NCBI RefSeq assembly: GCF_006345805.1
Contig: NC_043025.1
Span: 3,410,088-3,474,000 of the forward strand
Direction: 5' to 3'
DNA length: 63,913 nt
Source: Octopus sinensis
Taxonomy: Eukaryota
Both the position numbers and the translations under genes were made by a program. Of this stretch, positions 25,901 through 40,200 are shown piece by piece (position 1 is the stretch's first letter; each line of letters starts with the position of its first letter). The notes under the pieces are model-generated. The model worked only from the letters and a program-made list of their open reading frames with translations, was not told the DNA's origin and made no database searches.

Positions 25901-28684
25901 GTAGAGGATTTGTAGCAAGGAAGAATGAATGTATCCTCCGAGAAAGTTTAGATGTCGATGGAAACAAATTGGTTACTCTGTTCAGGAGGACTTTCGGATC
26001 GAGAACTACTATGGTTAACTTCCGGAAGCCTCAGTTCAGGAAGTGCTATCAAGGCACCCTAGCTGTTCGAGCTTTTCTGAGATGCGAGCAGAGCGATAAA
26101 ACCATTCTGCACACAGTCGTTCAGTGTCAGGGAATTGCTGACTTGTAGAGTTATATCGAATAAATGTTGTGTGTAAAGCGGATCTGGCTAATGGCTGAGT
26201 CTATAAGGATTATATCCCGTCCCTCTCCTGGAACTGGGCAGAGAACATAGTTTTTCTTTGTCTTGTGGCTTTAGCGAAAGAGGTTGTTTGGTAGACGAGA
26301 TTGAAAGTTATGAGAACAGAGAAATATATAAACCTGCCAACGAAAAGATGGAAGAGGATTAAATCTTCCCTCATACCAAGTACTTCATCAAAGTCTCCAG
26401 AACATAACTGGTTGGGGATTATTTCAAGTGGAAAAGACAACACCTATATGTTTAAAACGCAGCCAAAACCCGGGTTGAAATTGCCAGACGTGTCCTGGAC
26501 AACACAGTTATACTCCAGTACATGGGTCAAAGAATCTCAAGTGAGACAATAAGAGAGACTGAAAACGACACAGAGCTATGGTTCACATCAACTGATATTG
26601 AATCGAGCCGGATATAAGCACATGGCTGCATCCCCTTCTGTTTTACTGTCTGTCCTCTTCTCAGATCTTTTTTTGTTCTCTTGAAGCTGAATTACCTTAT
26701 TTAATACTTCATTCATTTGCAATCACCAACTTTATTTGTTTTTTGAAGTTTCAGGTTCAAATTAAGGTTACACACATCTTATTTCTAACTTTGTGGTCGA
26801 TTTTTTCATTGCCTTTTATTGTTACCAGGTTTTTGCGATCATTAATTGTATTTTCGTTTTGTATCGTCCTTTTTATCTTCTAAATTTCTGGTATTTTTTC
26901 GTTTTCAGAATCTATCTTATTAAGTTAACTTGTTTGTTGAAGTCCGATACGTTTAGATCTGGGCCATTTTCTCTCCAAATTTTATACAAATATATTGTAT
27001 TTTCATTTCGTGACTATAAACTATGCTTGAGGAATAGAAGCATATTTCTCTTGCGTCCATTTTATGCATTTTCTGTTTTATTTGCTAGACTTGAGGAGTT
27101 CAGTCTGACAATTATATTTAATTATCATCTTTCTGTGCGGATGTATTAGTTTCCGTTCCTGGTGAGTTTTGCACACGTTATTGTTTTCGTAAATTTTGCG
27201 CAAAAGAAATTCCAGTGTGCATTCCTCGATTGAAAAGAAACTTGGATTGAATGATATTTTATGTTTTATTGGAATTATTTGACGAATTTAAGGTGGCGAG
27301 CTGGCAGAATCGGGAGAGCACTGGACGAGATGCTTAGCGGTATTTTGCCCGTCGTTACGTTCTGAGTTTAAATTCCACCAAGGTCGAAATTGCCTTTCAT
27401 CCTTTCGAGGTCACTAAATAAAGTTCCAGTGAGACACTGAGGTGTATGTAATCGAGTAGTCCCCTCCCCTCAAAATTTCAGACCTTGTGTCTATGATAGA
27501 AAGGATTATTTCACTAATTGTAAGTTTGATGGTTTATGACAAAGAGTTGTGATTTTAATATGGACTGTAATTCGATGGCCATGTTTATATGTGATCCGAG
27601 CGCGTTGGTATTCATGAAGCATTTCAAGAAATGTTATTTATAAATGGTAAATATCAATAAACTTTCAAAGGGGTCACTTAATCTATTATCTTACAACACT
27701 CTCGCAAATTATTTTCGGTCTTATTTACTGTTTGGGGATACATTTTGTAACAATGATTAAACTCTTTTACGTGGTAAACATCCCCAGCGTTGTAGTTGTT
27801 GTTGTTGCTGTAGTTAGCAGTAGTCGTACAAGTGAATGTCGTGGTTGTAGTATATGACTGTTATATCTATTCTTACAGCCTGTTTGTCGGTTGACTTTAT
27901 CAATGAATGGTGTTACACTGAGGTTTGAAAGGTCCTGCAGCACATACAGAAAATGCGTGGAAGCTATGAGAAACAATAGCCACAGATGCAAGAAATGGAC
28001 CGATGGCACTTCCTGTACTGGTTGTTGCGTCGGAAACTTGTGTAACAAGAATGACATCATTGGTAAGTGTTATTTATTATCTAACTACATCTGATTTATT
28101 ACACCTTAATAGTTAGTAAGAACATTGATTAATAGTTTATATATAGGAAGCTATTTTATTGTGTGCATGTGCGTGTGGCATGTGTGTGTGCAAATGTGTG
28201 TGCATGTGTGTACATATGTGTGTATGCTTTGAGATAAATTTCTTTAATTTTCCCCGAGATAAAAGTCACACAGCACTGTTTTATTTAAAGCTCCCGTTCC
28301 TGTATGGTTGCATTCTATTTACAATCGATCAGGAAAGTTTTGACTGGTGAAGTCTTGTCTCCCGCAAGGAACATATGAACTTCCGCAAAACAGGAGCGCA
28401 TATTCTATCGGGGTTGACAAATGATCGTTTATGTCTATGATAATGATGACTGAATGATTCTTCCGTTACCCTAATATATACTTTAGGTCCATTCCTGTAA
28501 TTTGATTCAATATTAATGCTATATACTATCGACTTTGCCAGACAGTTACCCTCTAGGGGGCAGTTCTAACGAATTCCGGAGGTTGCATAATACTTACTGG
28601 CCAGCCAGCTGTTTGCATCTTTTGTCGATTCAGCTTCCCAGCATTATAAGCTTTGATACAGCAACTGGAATCCTGGAATTTATG

Positions 28685-28736
<52 letters not shown>

Positions 28737-28896
28737 TATATATTCTTGATTTTTATATAATTTTCATCTGTCTTGCCCGCCTATGGTCTGGTGTTGGCTG
28801 AATTTTCTTTGGGGAACATTCTTTCTTTGTAGTTAAATCGTATGTGATCTACTTCTAGCATATGGCTGTCCACATAGTGGTTTTTTAGCCCTAAAT

Positions 28897-28936
<40 letters not shown>

Positions 28937-31387
28937 GTATACTAGCAGTATCGCCCGGCGTTGCTCGGGTTTGTAAGGGAAATAACTATATAAGCATTTT
29001 TAGAGAGTTATAGCCAAAAAATAGCAAAAAATGCATTAAAAATGGAAAAAATATGATGGTAATTTTTTTTTAAATCGTTGACTCATCGTAGACATTTTTG
29101 AGAGTTACTTCCCTTATATAATAGCGAAAAAATGCATTAAAAATGGAAAAAAAACGATGGTAATTTTTTTTTTTAATCGTAGACTCATGTAGACGCTTTC
29201 TTAGCCATTTCTGTTTTGGTGTCTTCAAGCCATGAAGTCGTTGTTCTAAAAGAACGCTGGTCTCCTTGACAACGCATTACGACGTTGATTTCCTTACACT
29301 CCCTTCCCCACTGGTGCAGGTGTGAGCGTGGACGCCAACTCCGCCGCCATCGACACACGAAAAATTATGCATTAAAATGGAATAAAAAATGATGTTAAAT
29401 TATTTTTAAAATCGTAGCCTCATCGTAGACACACGCTAATACTCAGACGGGCTCGATATGAATCACGACTATAAGATACCCAAATTTGGTTAAACTGCAC
29501 CGCAAAATGTGCGAGTAGTTAGGAATCTAAATCGAAGGGGACAGACACTCACACAACTACAGTTTTATATATATAGATATACATAGCGCAGTAGTGGTGA
29601 GATGTGACAGCAAAGAAAAGCATACATTCACTCTCTGCATGCAATTAGACTCGGAAAGTTCGTGAGGAACCCATTGACCCAATTTGCTGACTTTTCCGAT
29701 AGCACACAGGTCTCAATGAATGGTTGAATGACCAAATCCAAGCTTCTCTGCTAGTTCCTCAACAGTTACGATGAGATTTTGTTCCACCAGGGTTTTCAGG
29801 ATGTCCTTGTCGAGTTCTACAGATCTTTCAGGATGAGTCTTCTAGGCTGTAGTTTATGGCTCGGAATTTCTGGAACCACCATTGACACTGCCTTACGCTT
29901 ATTGTCCAATCCCCATATACTGCATTAATATTTCTTGTACTTTCCGTTGCGTTGTTGTCTTTATTGAACTCATAAAGCAAAATATGCCAAATATTCTCCT
30001 TTGTTACTTCCAAAATAGCTTTGAAAAAAATAGCTGTTAAAATCGAAATGCACTCTTCAAAACTTGCACTATGAATAAGGACAAGATAAAATTACTACCT
30101 GCTTTTATAGCAAGTTAATATAAGTAGTTTATCCCATTCCCCTCTGACATTTAGTTCAAGCTGTTGAAAAAACCGCATTATTATATATATATACATACAT
30201 ACATACATACATACATATACACACACACTCTCTCTCTCACACACATGCACACATTTATATTCTGTTATTCTTTTATATGTTTCAGCCTTGAGGTTGTGGC
30301 CATGCTGGATCATGTGTGTGTGTGTGTGTGTGTCTATCTGTCTGTCTGTCTGTATGTATATATGTATATGTATGTGTGTGAACAATAATATTTTCAACAG
30401 ATGTGTTGCAAATGTATCTGATTGTTCTCAAGCTTCAATACTGTGTGTGTGTATGTGTGTGTGTGTATGTATGTATGTATGTATATGTATGTATGTATGT
30501 ATATGTATGTATGTATGTGTGTCTGTATGTATATGTGTGTGTATGTATGTATGTGTGTGTGTATGTGTGTGTGTATGTATGTATGTATGTATGTATGTAT
30601 GTATGTATGTATGTATGTATGTATGAGTGTATGTTTACTTTATTACTAACACAAGCCACTACGGTTATTTAATGTAAAGTCTTCCTCAAATCACTCTCTC
30701 TTGCTATTTACTCTCTTCCAAGAACATTTTCACTCACTCTTATGTCTTAGCTTCCTATACATTTTGCTCATGTATCTATCAGCGTCATAGACAGAAACAA
30801 ATATTACATGGCCATCGTCACCGCATTCTATTGTCTACCTGTCAACACACTGAATTACTTTCACTTTATTCGTAGCATACTGTGTGTGTGCGTTTGCGTG
30901 TGCCGTAAACCAGACTAAGAAAAGCATTTGACATACACACCAGAATGTGAGTTTTCTGTAAATTTTGCTTAATTGGAGTTTAAATTTTAAAAACTGGACC
31001 TGGCATGACCCGATGCATTCTACTCTTAAAAATGCTAGGTAAATTGTAATTGAAGAAATCCTATATTGTAGATTTCTATAAGATACAAAGGGAGGCAGAT
31101 AAAATCTGCCTTTTATAATAAGAGATATATTAGTACCAGTTACGCACTGGGGGCGGTGTATATAAACCTACATTGCATTTAACTGTTTATATTAATTGTT
31201 TTAGTATACGCATTAGCATTTCGTTAATTTAGCCACAAATATTTCTAGCAAAAATACATCTACAACAGGCGCAGGAGTGGCTCTGTGGTAAGAGGTTTAC
31301 ATCTCGGAGGAGTATCTTCTACTGCAACTTCGGGCCAACCAATCTTTGTGAGTCGATTTGGTAGACGGAAACTGAAAGAAGATTGTC

Positions 31388-31439
<52 letters not shown>

Positions 31440-34218
31440 ATAAATATTAGGGAATAAATCCAAACTTACAGGGAAAAATCAGATTTAGGATTGAATCCAA
31501 TTTTATAATAAAATATTATATTATATTAAATTAGAGACAAAACCACTATTATGCAATTCAAACAAAGAAAGACTTAATCCAATACATACATTAATTTATA
31601 TTATTTAGAAATTTAACAATTATTAATATCCACTACGATCGTTTCATGTCTTCTTTTCAACACATCTTTGAGTAGTAGACATTCTTCAGGTGGTTTCAAA
31701 TCTAAAATATAATCAATATTTTTAAGATATAAGCAATCTATATAACCTAAAATAATAATTTACTTATAATAAACTCTATTATTAAATATGATTATATCGA
31801 AATCGACTATAATGTTAAATATTAACTTTAATTTATAAGGCAGAAAATGCATATTCTAATATCCATTTTAGTCAATATCTACTTATATAGATTTTTGAAA
31901 TGACTAATATATATACATTATCAATGAAAAAATATATAAATATTATAATCAAGATCTAAAATAATCTCTATAAACGATAGTATATAATGAAAACCTAATA
32001 TATTTAATTTCTCATCTTTAAAGATGAAATTGCTAATTTCAAAATACAAAAAATATATATACATGCTCACGCTCATATATATATGTATGTATATAAACAT
32101 ATATAAATACGTACATAAACACACACACACATATATATATATCTATACATACACATATAGATATAGACACGGATATATTTTATAATGCAGCCCTATACTT
32201 CTACACATTACTTATCATACTCGCACACACACACATACAATCACTCATTCATAAACGTATACTCTCAGCAAGACACTAACACAGAGGATAAATAACATCC
32301 AGTAGCCGCAGATACTCAACCACATACTTATAGAAATATTCCATTCTTAGTAATATAGTATTAAATAAATACTATAAGTACTATAAACAAAATTATGGAT
32401 GGGAATAATTATCTAAAATTATGCTATTAAATTAGACATGGCCTAAACCATCTTAAGTCGAAATCTATCTAATTTATCAAAATTTATCTAAATTATTTAA
32501 TATCTAATAACATAGAAAAATACGATAAATAGATCATTACATAAACAACAATATTAACATAAGGAGAATATTATTACTCCAAAGGCTTATACAATATTAA
32601 AAATTAACAATTTGAAGATCCACGAAACACGTGGACCAAAACTTAGTCCGGTGATTCCAAAGACAGTTACGGGGCAGTTATCTCCCTTGCAAGGGTGTGT
32701 GTGTGTATAGGGGTGTATTGAGTCATCCCATTAATAATGCGTTTCTTTGATGCTTTTATTTTTTAATTAGGATCAACAAAGTTCGTTTCTAATCTAAAAC
32801 AGACACTCCTTCATTTTCTACAATGCTCTTCCATCGATCTAACAGACCTGCAAAGCCCCTCTTCAAAAATTTACTTGTCCGTGACGGAATGTACTTCTCC
32901 AATGCTGTTCTGACCTCGTTTATAGAAATCATATTTTTTCCTTTCAAATGATTTTCAAGACTGCGGAATAAATGATAATCAGATGGGGAAATGTCCGGCG
33001 AATATGATGGATGGGATATCGTTTCCCATTCAAACTAATCCAGTCTTTGGAATGTCACCGTCACTATATGTGGCTAAGCATTATCCTCATGGGAGAACAC
33101 CTTTCGTATTGAAGCAAAATGTGGTCATTTTTTCTAGCGCAGATGTTGATGAACGGTTGAATAACCAAATCCAAGCTTCTCTGCAAGTTCTTCAACAGTT
33201 ACAATGAGATTTTCTTCCACCAGTGTTTACAGGACGTCCTGTCTTCAAGGCTGTCGTTTTCTGGTATTTCTGGAACCATCGTTGACACTGGCTTACGCTT
33301 ATTGTCCGATCCCCATATACTACATTAATATTCCTCGCACTTTCCGTTGCGTTGTTGCCTTTATCAAACGCAGAAAGCAAAATATGCCAAATATGTTACT
33401 TTGTCACATCCAATATTGCTTTGAAAAAAGTAACTGCTAAAATCGAACTGCACTCTTCAAAATTTGCACTAAGAATAAGCTCATGGTAAAAGTTACTACC
33501 TGTTTTTATAGCATGTTGACGCAGGTAGTTTATCCTATCCCCCTCTGACTTTTAGTTCATACAGCGGAAAAACCGCAATATTTATGGTACGACCCAATAT
33601 ATATATATATATATATATAATTTATTTCGTAATGAGACAAATTAACTCGAAACTGCAGTCCGTGCGTATCGCTTATGTTTACGAGAGAGGGATGACCTCC
33701 CTTTGCAAATACCATAAGGGCACAGAAAGTGAGCCTACAGCCAGCTGGAGACGAGGGGCTAAAAGCTACAGTAACACCCACCATTAGTGGTTAGCCATAT
33801 TGATATGGCTAGTATACTTAACGTTGTCGAGCGCTTACTGTTTACATCTCCTTCAGAGATTAATCATATATATATATATATATACATGTACGTTTAAATT
33901 TAAAATAAGTGTGAAAAACTGAATATTAATTTAATTTCATTTTAAAACCAGTGGTGTAGAATATCGAAAAATCTGAAGTTTCAGAAAAAAATTTATTACG
34001 TACATATAAGTTGAATGGCCTGTAAATGGACATCCATTATGCTAGAAGAAGATCCGCTATGGTCTTATCATTCCATTGTTACTGGTAAGACCGTAGCGGA
34101 TTTTCTTCTATCATAATGGATGTCCACTTACAGGTCATCCCTCTTATATGTATATATATATACATGTATATATATATACATTTGTGCAGATGCATACATA
34201 GATACATACATACATACA

Positions 34219-34281
<63 letters not shown>

Positions 34282-37200
34282 CGGAGATGTACTCGCATAG
34301 CAAGTAATTTGATCTGAGATCGTGTGCTGAAACGAATACAATTGAAGCGTGGAAGGTGTTTATAAGCCATTTAAGAAACACACAAAAGCCGTCCGATTCA
34401 CTTCAACATTTAAGTTTAATTTGTCAAAATATTTTCGTCGCTAAAATCCGCGACCTGTTCACTGACAAAGTCCGTGCTGCATCTAAGAAAGTAACATTTA
34501 GTTCGTCATATATATGTACGTATGTATGTGTGTATGTATGCATACATGTGTGTATGTATGTACGTATGCATGTACGCACATACGCCTGTGTATGCATGTA
34601 TGTATGTATGTATGTATGTATATATGTATGTGTGTGTATATGCACGCACATACACTCTATAAAACATAAAGCTATAAACCTGTAGCAATGGATGGATGTA
34701 GAGCGACCACTCATCACAACGCTATCAAATTTCAACTTTCTACGGCCGAAGCTAGAAAGTGAATTTATGACGCTTACTCCCAAAACTATACCCTAAAATC
34801 TATTATCAGAATTTTTATCTCTATATCACAGAACTAATGTTTTACTATTGTGCGTATGTATGTATGTATGTATGTATGTATGTATGTGCGTATGTATGTA
34901 TGTATGTATGTATGTATGTATGTATGTATGTATGTATGTGTGTATGTATGTGTGTATGTACATACGTACGCATGTGCGTATGTATGTATACGCGCTCGTA
35001 TGCATGTGCCCATGTATTTGTGTGCGTACATGTACGTGCGTATGTACGTGTGTATGCCCATACGTAGGTATGTATGTATGTTTGTATCCATGTGCTACGT
35101 ATGTATGTGAGTGTCTAGGAGAATGGGCAGATGTGTCTGTGAGAGTGTGTACATGTGTATGTGTATGTGAACGTATGTCCGTGTACTGGCATGTGTCCCT
35201 CCAAGTTGTGTACATGACTGTTACTTTGCTGAAGGTTGTATACATATTTACATATATGTTTGTATAGACGCACACACATATATATATATGTGTGTGGGTG
35301 TGTGTTTGTTCCTCTCATCATCGTCTAACCGTGAATGGATACAACGCCTAGGTGCAACTGTTCGTATCAAACAACGTCTGCTCATACCGTTGTATATAAC
35401 TGCACATACGCATTGCAACCTGTATGTAAGGACTACAGGTGAAAGGGAGAGAGAGAGGGGGGTAGTTATAGAATAGTCCTTCTGTGCCCTTATACTGCTG
35501 TGGATAGAGTCAGCTATGTGTTGTATAGATGTCATCACCTGTTCTTCACTTGGTAGAGGGCCCATAACTGTGTCTGTATTATATTTCACAACAAGGTTAA
35601 TGTCGTCGACGTAACGAGAGTACATAGCCAAGTGGATGTTACGGTTTGCTAGGCACTTACCATAGACTACCCCTCTAAACACCCCAGTAAACGATTACCC
35701 GTCCTAAATACTGAGCTATGGATGGAAGATGCTATGGTTAATGGTACCATTAAACCATGTATACTCCACTCACACTATCAGAAACCGATGGCTAATCCAC
35801 TAGTAATCCGTAGTGACTCAGCTATGTCGGATACTGCCAAACTCAACATCCTAGTGGCAGACTTAGTTAGAGTAATGAGGAATGTATCACCACTATGCCA
35901 ACCACAAGAACGACAACAACACATCCAGCACAACATATTCCGAATGCAACACTCCGGATACACACTAGACGATAGAGTCAGGGTATACAAAGGAGCGAAA
36001 GCTATATTCGAAAGCATTCTAAGGAACGACGAAAACGGTATATGCCCCCTGTACCGCAACAAGTTCTGGAATAGGTTAGAGAGGGACACCAACAAAAAGA
36101 TGAGAAACGTTACTTGGTACGATAACAGGAGATTTCACGGAGTGATATTCGTTGACGCCACACCTAAGAACGAGCTAAGTAGGGCATTCAAGAAAGTCCT
36201 GCGCACTACGGGCCTAAAAGTTAAGGTTGTAGAAAAGACAGGTAGGACTATCAAATCGGCATTATGCAGATCATATCCATTTGATAGAATCACCTGTCAA
36301 AGTAATTGTGCAGTATGTTCGACAAATCCACATGTAAATTGTAAAACCAAGGGCACTGTATACCAGATTAAGTGCCAGGAGGGAGCTTGCGCGACTACCC
36401 AGAGTCATACATAGGTGAGACCTCTAGAAGCATCAATGATAGGTTCAAAGAACACCTGGACAACTACATTGAAAGGAAGCCAAACTCCATCTTCTACCAA
36501 CATGCTGTAGACTGCCACAAGGGATCCTTAGGGGAGCTTAAGTTGAACATCCTAGCAACACATCCCACCGATGCAATGTTGAGACAGGTCACAGAAGCTG
36601 TTTGTATACAAGAATACAAACCTACTCTCAACCGAAAGTCCGAATGGAATAACATCCAGATCCCATTCAGAAGGACTATTCTATAACCACCCCTCTCTCT
36701 CTCTCCCTTTCACCTGTAGTCCTTACATACAGGTTGCAATGCGTATGTGCAGTTATATACAACGGTATGAGCAGACGTTGTTTGATACGAATAGTTGCAC
36801 CTAGGCGTTGTATCCATTCACGGTTAGACGATGATGAGAGGAACAAACACACACCCACACACATATATATATATGTGTGTGCGTCTATACAAACATATAT
36901 GTAAATATGTATACAACCTTCAGCAAAGTAACAGTCATGTACACAACTTGGAGGGACACATGCCAGTACACGGACATACGTTCACATACACATACACATA
37001 CACATGTACACACTCTCACAGACACATCTGCCCATTCTCCTAGACACTCACATACATACGTAGCACATGGATACAAACATACATACATACCTACGTATGG
37101 GCATACACACGTACATACGCACGTACATGTACGCACACAAATACATTGGCACATGCATACGAGCGCGTATACATACATACGCACATGCGTACGTATGTAC

Positions 37201-40200
37201 ATACACACATACATACATACATACATACATACATACATACGCACATACATACATACATACATACATACATACATACATACATACATACGCACGCACAATA
37301 GTAAAACATTAGTTCTGTGATTTAGAGATAAAAATTCTGATAATAGATTTTAGGGTATAGTTTTGGGAGTAAGCGTCATAAATTCACTTTCTAGCTTCGG
37401 CCGTAGAAAGTTGAAATTTGATAGCGTTGTGATGAGTGGTCGCTCTACATCCATCCATTGCTACAGGTTTATAGCTTTATGTTTTATAGAGTGTATGTGC
37501 GTGCATATACACACACATACATATATACATACATACATACATACATACACACATACATACATACATACATACATATATACATACATGCATACACAGGCGT
37601 ATGTGCGTACATGCATACGTACATACATACACACATGTATGCATACATACACACATACATACGTACATATATATGACGAACTAACTGTTACTTCTTAGAT
37701 GCAGCACGACTTTGTCAGTGAACAGGTCGCGGATTTTAGCGACGAAAATATTTTGACAAATTAAACTTAAATGTTGAAGTGAATCCGACGGCTTTTGTGT
37801 GTTTCTTAAATGGCTTATAAACACCTTCCACGCTGCAATTATATATATATATATATATATATATATTACTAGCATTATGACCCGGCAAGTACATGCATAT
37901 ATGTGTATATATATGTGTACATATTACATGTACATCTATATATATACATCTACACATAAAATACAAAATACAAAAGTATATCTTGATATCGCTAGTGATA
38001 ACAATATTCAAAATATATAACAGACTGGAATTGTACGCCCGTCTCTTGCAATTTCGATCAATTGTATCTTGTCCTCCCTCTTGTATAGAAGTGTGGCTAC
38101 AATCCAGCCTACCTCTACTTCTGGGGGGACATTTTAAATTTTTATCCAGGACGTCCTACGTCCCAGATATAAAGGTAAAGATAAAATATTTCTACTTTGC
38201 AAGGTTCGAGTCGAGTACTCCCTTGTACGCTCCGTTGACTCGAACCTTGCTTCTATTGTGGCGAATTTACCGCCTCTGATTAGATACTTGATATCTTTCA
38301 TAGTCGCACCAAGACACGCTTCGATGGTGCTTTCCTCCAGGTGTTCAAATATATTTTTTCTCTACATTGTATACTTTATAGACAATAGTCTTTTCTTTAA
38401 TTTAATTTTTTTTATTTCGTTTGGTGGTGTTATCCTAGATTCATCGTCTTTGTCGGTGATCAATCCGAAATAGGTTTGTATTTCTTCCATTTTAATTTTA
38501 ATGAGATCGCCCCGCCGACGGCTGCAGCGAAATTCATTTTAGGACTTTCTTCTATCGAAGATATTTTAACAAAAATGCTTACGTATAAACGGTGAAAATA
38601 TTGTCAATTTCCCCAAGCAGGGATACAATTCAATTCTTAAACAATAACCAAAGCTCCTTCTCTTAAAGGGAGAGGGTTACGGTTTACAATTATTTAACAA
38701 ATGCAACACAACAACGCTTCCCTTACGAGGAACCCACAAACGTGATAACAATAGTTAAACAGTAATAATAATAACAACAAACCTTACGGTGAATCAAAAA
38801 GCAGTACTCAGTTGAAGCTATAGTCGTTTATGGATCAGAAATAAACCAACAGCAGTACTCAGTAGAAGCGTCTGTTCGAGAAAACAGACATTACATACGG
38901 CAAACTTTACATAGATACTTTAATGCTAGCTAATTAGCAGATAATCTAATGTAAAAGCCGTGATAAAAGAGTATGTGCACAGCTCCATCTGGACTATTCC
39001 ATTTCTGCACTTAAGTAGAGAGATGTTATTGTTTCACTACATGGGACATAAGTAAGGCATGTGTAAAATTTGAATGAAATTGATTGTGTAGTTCTCAAGT
39101 TCTAGGGATTCACACAGACAAGAGAGAGAGAGAGAGTGAAAGAGAGGAAGAGAAAATTCACAAAAAAACAAAGGACGAAGACATGTGGTGTAGACATCAA
39201 ACAGATGAAATAGTTTAACGCTCGGGAAGTGAAAAAGTCTAACGTTTCGAGCCTGCGCTCTTCCACAGAAAGGAGCACAGAAAGAAACAAGGAGAGAAAA
39301 TATAGAATGTGTAGTGGGTAGCAATTTATCATGGCGAATATATATATATTGTTGTATTTCGGAATGGTCATTTTGCCAGTTTATCCAATAAAAACACACG
39401 TACTATATATTTGGTGTTATTTTGCTTCAGTGTTATTCCTTTTTTTACATTAATCTTAATCTTATTTCGGCCAGAGTTCTTTCGTCACACTCCTGTGACC
39501 GCATCAGTGGTCCTTTGTTTTCTTCTTTCTTATTTGTGTCTCTCCTTACTAACGGTCAGCTATTTTGTATTTTTACGGTTAGTAAAGAGAGGCACAAATA
39601 AGAAAGAAGAAAGCAAAGGACCACTGATGCGGTCACAGGAGTGTGACGAAAGATCTCTGGCCGAAATAAGATTAAGATTAATGTAAAAAATAAATAACAC
39701 TGAAGAAAAGTAACACCAAATATATAGTGCGTGTGTTTTTATTGGCTAAACTGGCAAAATGACCATTCCGAAATACAACAATGTATGTTTCAACACACGA
39801 CTTCACATAAAAAATCTTGAACAACAAATATATATATAAAACGATAGCGTCTTACCATCCCAGATCAAATGGACAGGAGGAGTGATTTGTTAACACGTTG
39901 AAGAAAGCTTTGGGAAAAGCAAGCAAAGAAGTCACAAACGAAGTCGCTCAGCAACAATTCTTAAGGGAGTACTACTGGGTGACACCCATTCCCTATACAT
40001 CAACAGGAAATTCTCCAGCAAAACTAATGTTCACTGGGAAGGTGAGCAGTTACTTGGCGAGTAAAGAAAAATTCTAGGAAAGACAATCCAAAGTTTTTCA
40101 AAATTGGTAATAAGGTGTACATGAGATCTGATAAAAATGGTAAACAGTCCTGGGAAGAAGACTAAATTACAAAGTACATAGGAAAAAGTATGTACGGTGT

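Noticed and set aside
23600-28094. ORFs 23600-23941 and 27891-28094 as a stand-alone Ly6/three-finger gene
   Set aside because: No signal peptide or GPI signal; both ORFs run past strong splice sites into non-coding sequence, and the exon phases link them in frame to the LRRCT and SEA/HRM exons.
28535-28801. ORF with a possible phase-1 acceptor just after exon 4
   Set aside because: No donor before it runs into (TA)n, no domain-like pattern, and not needed for frame continuity.
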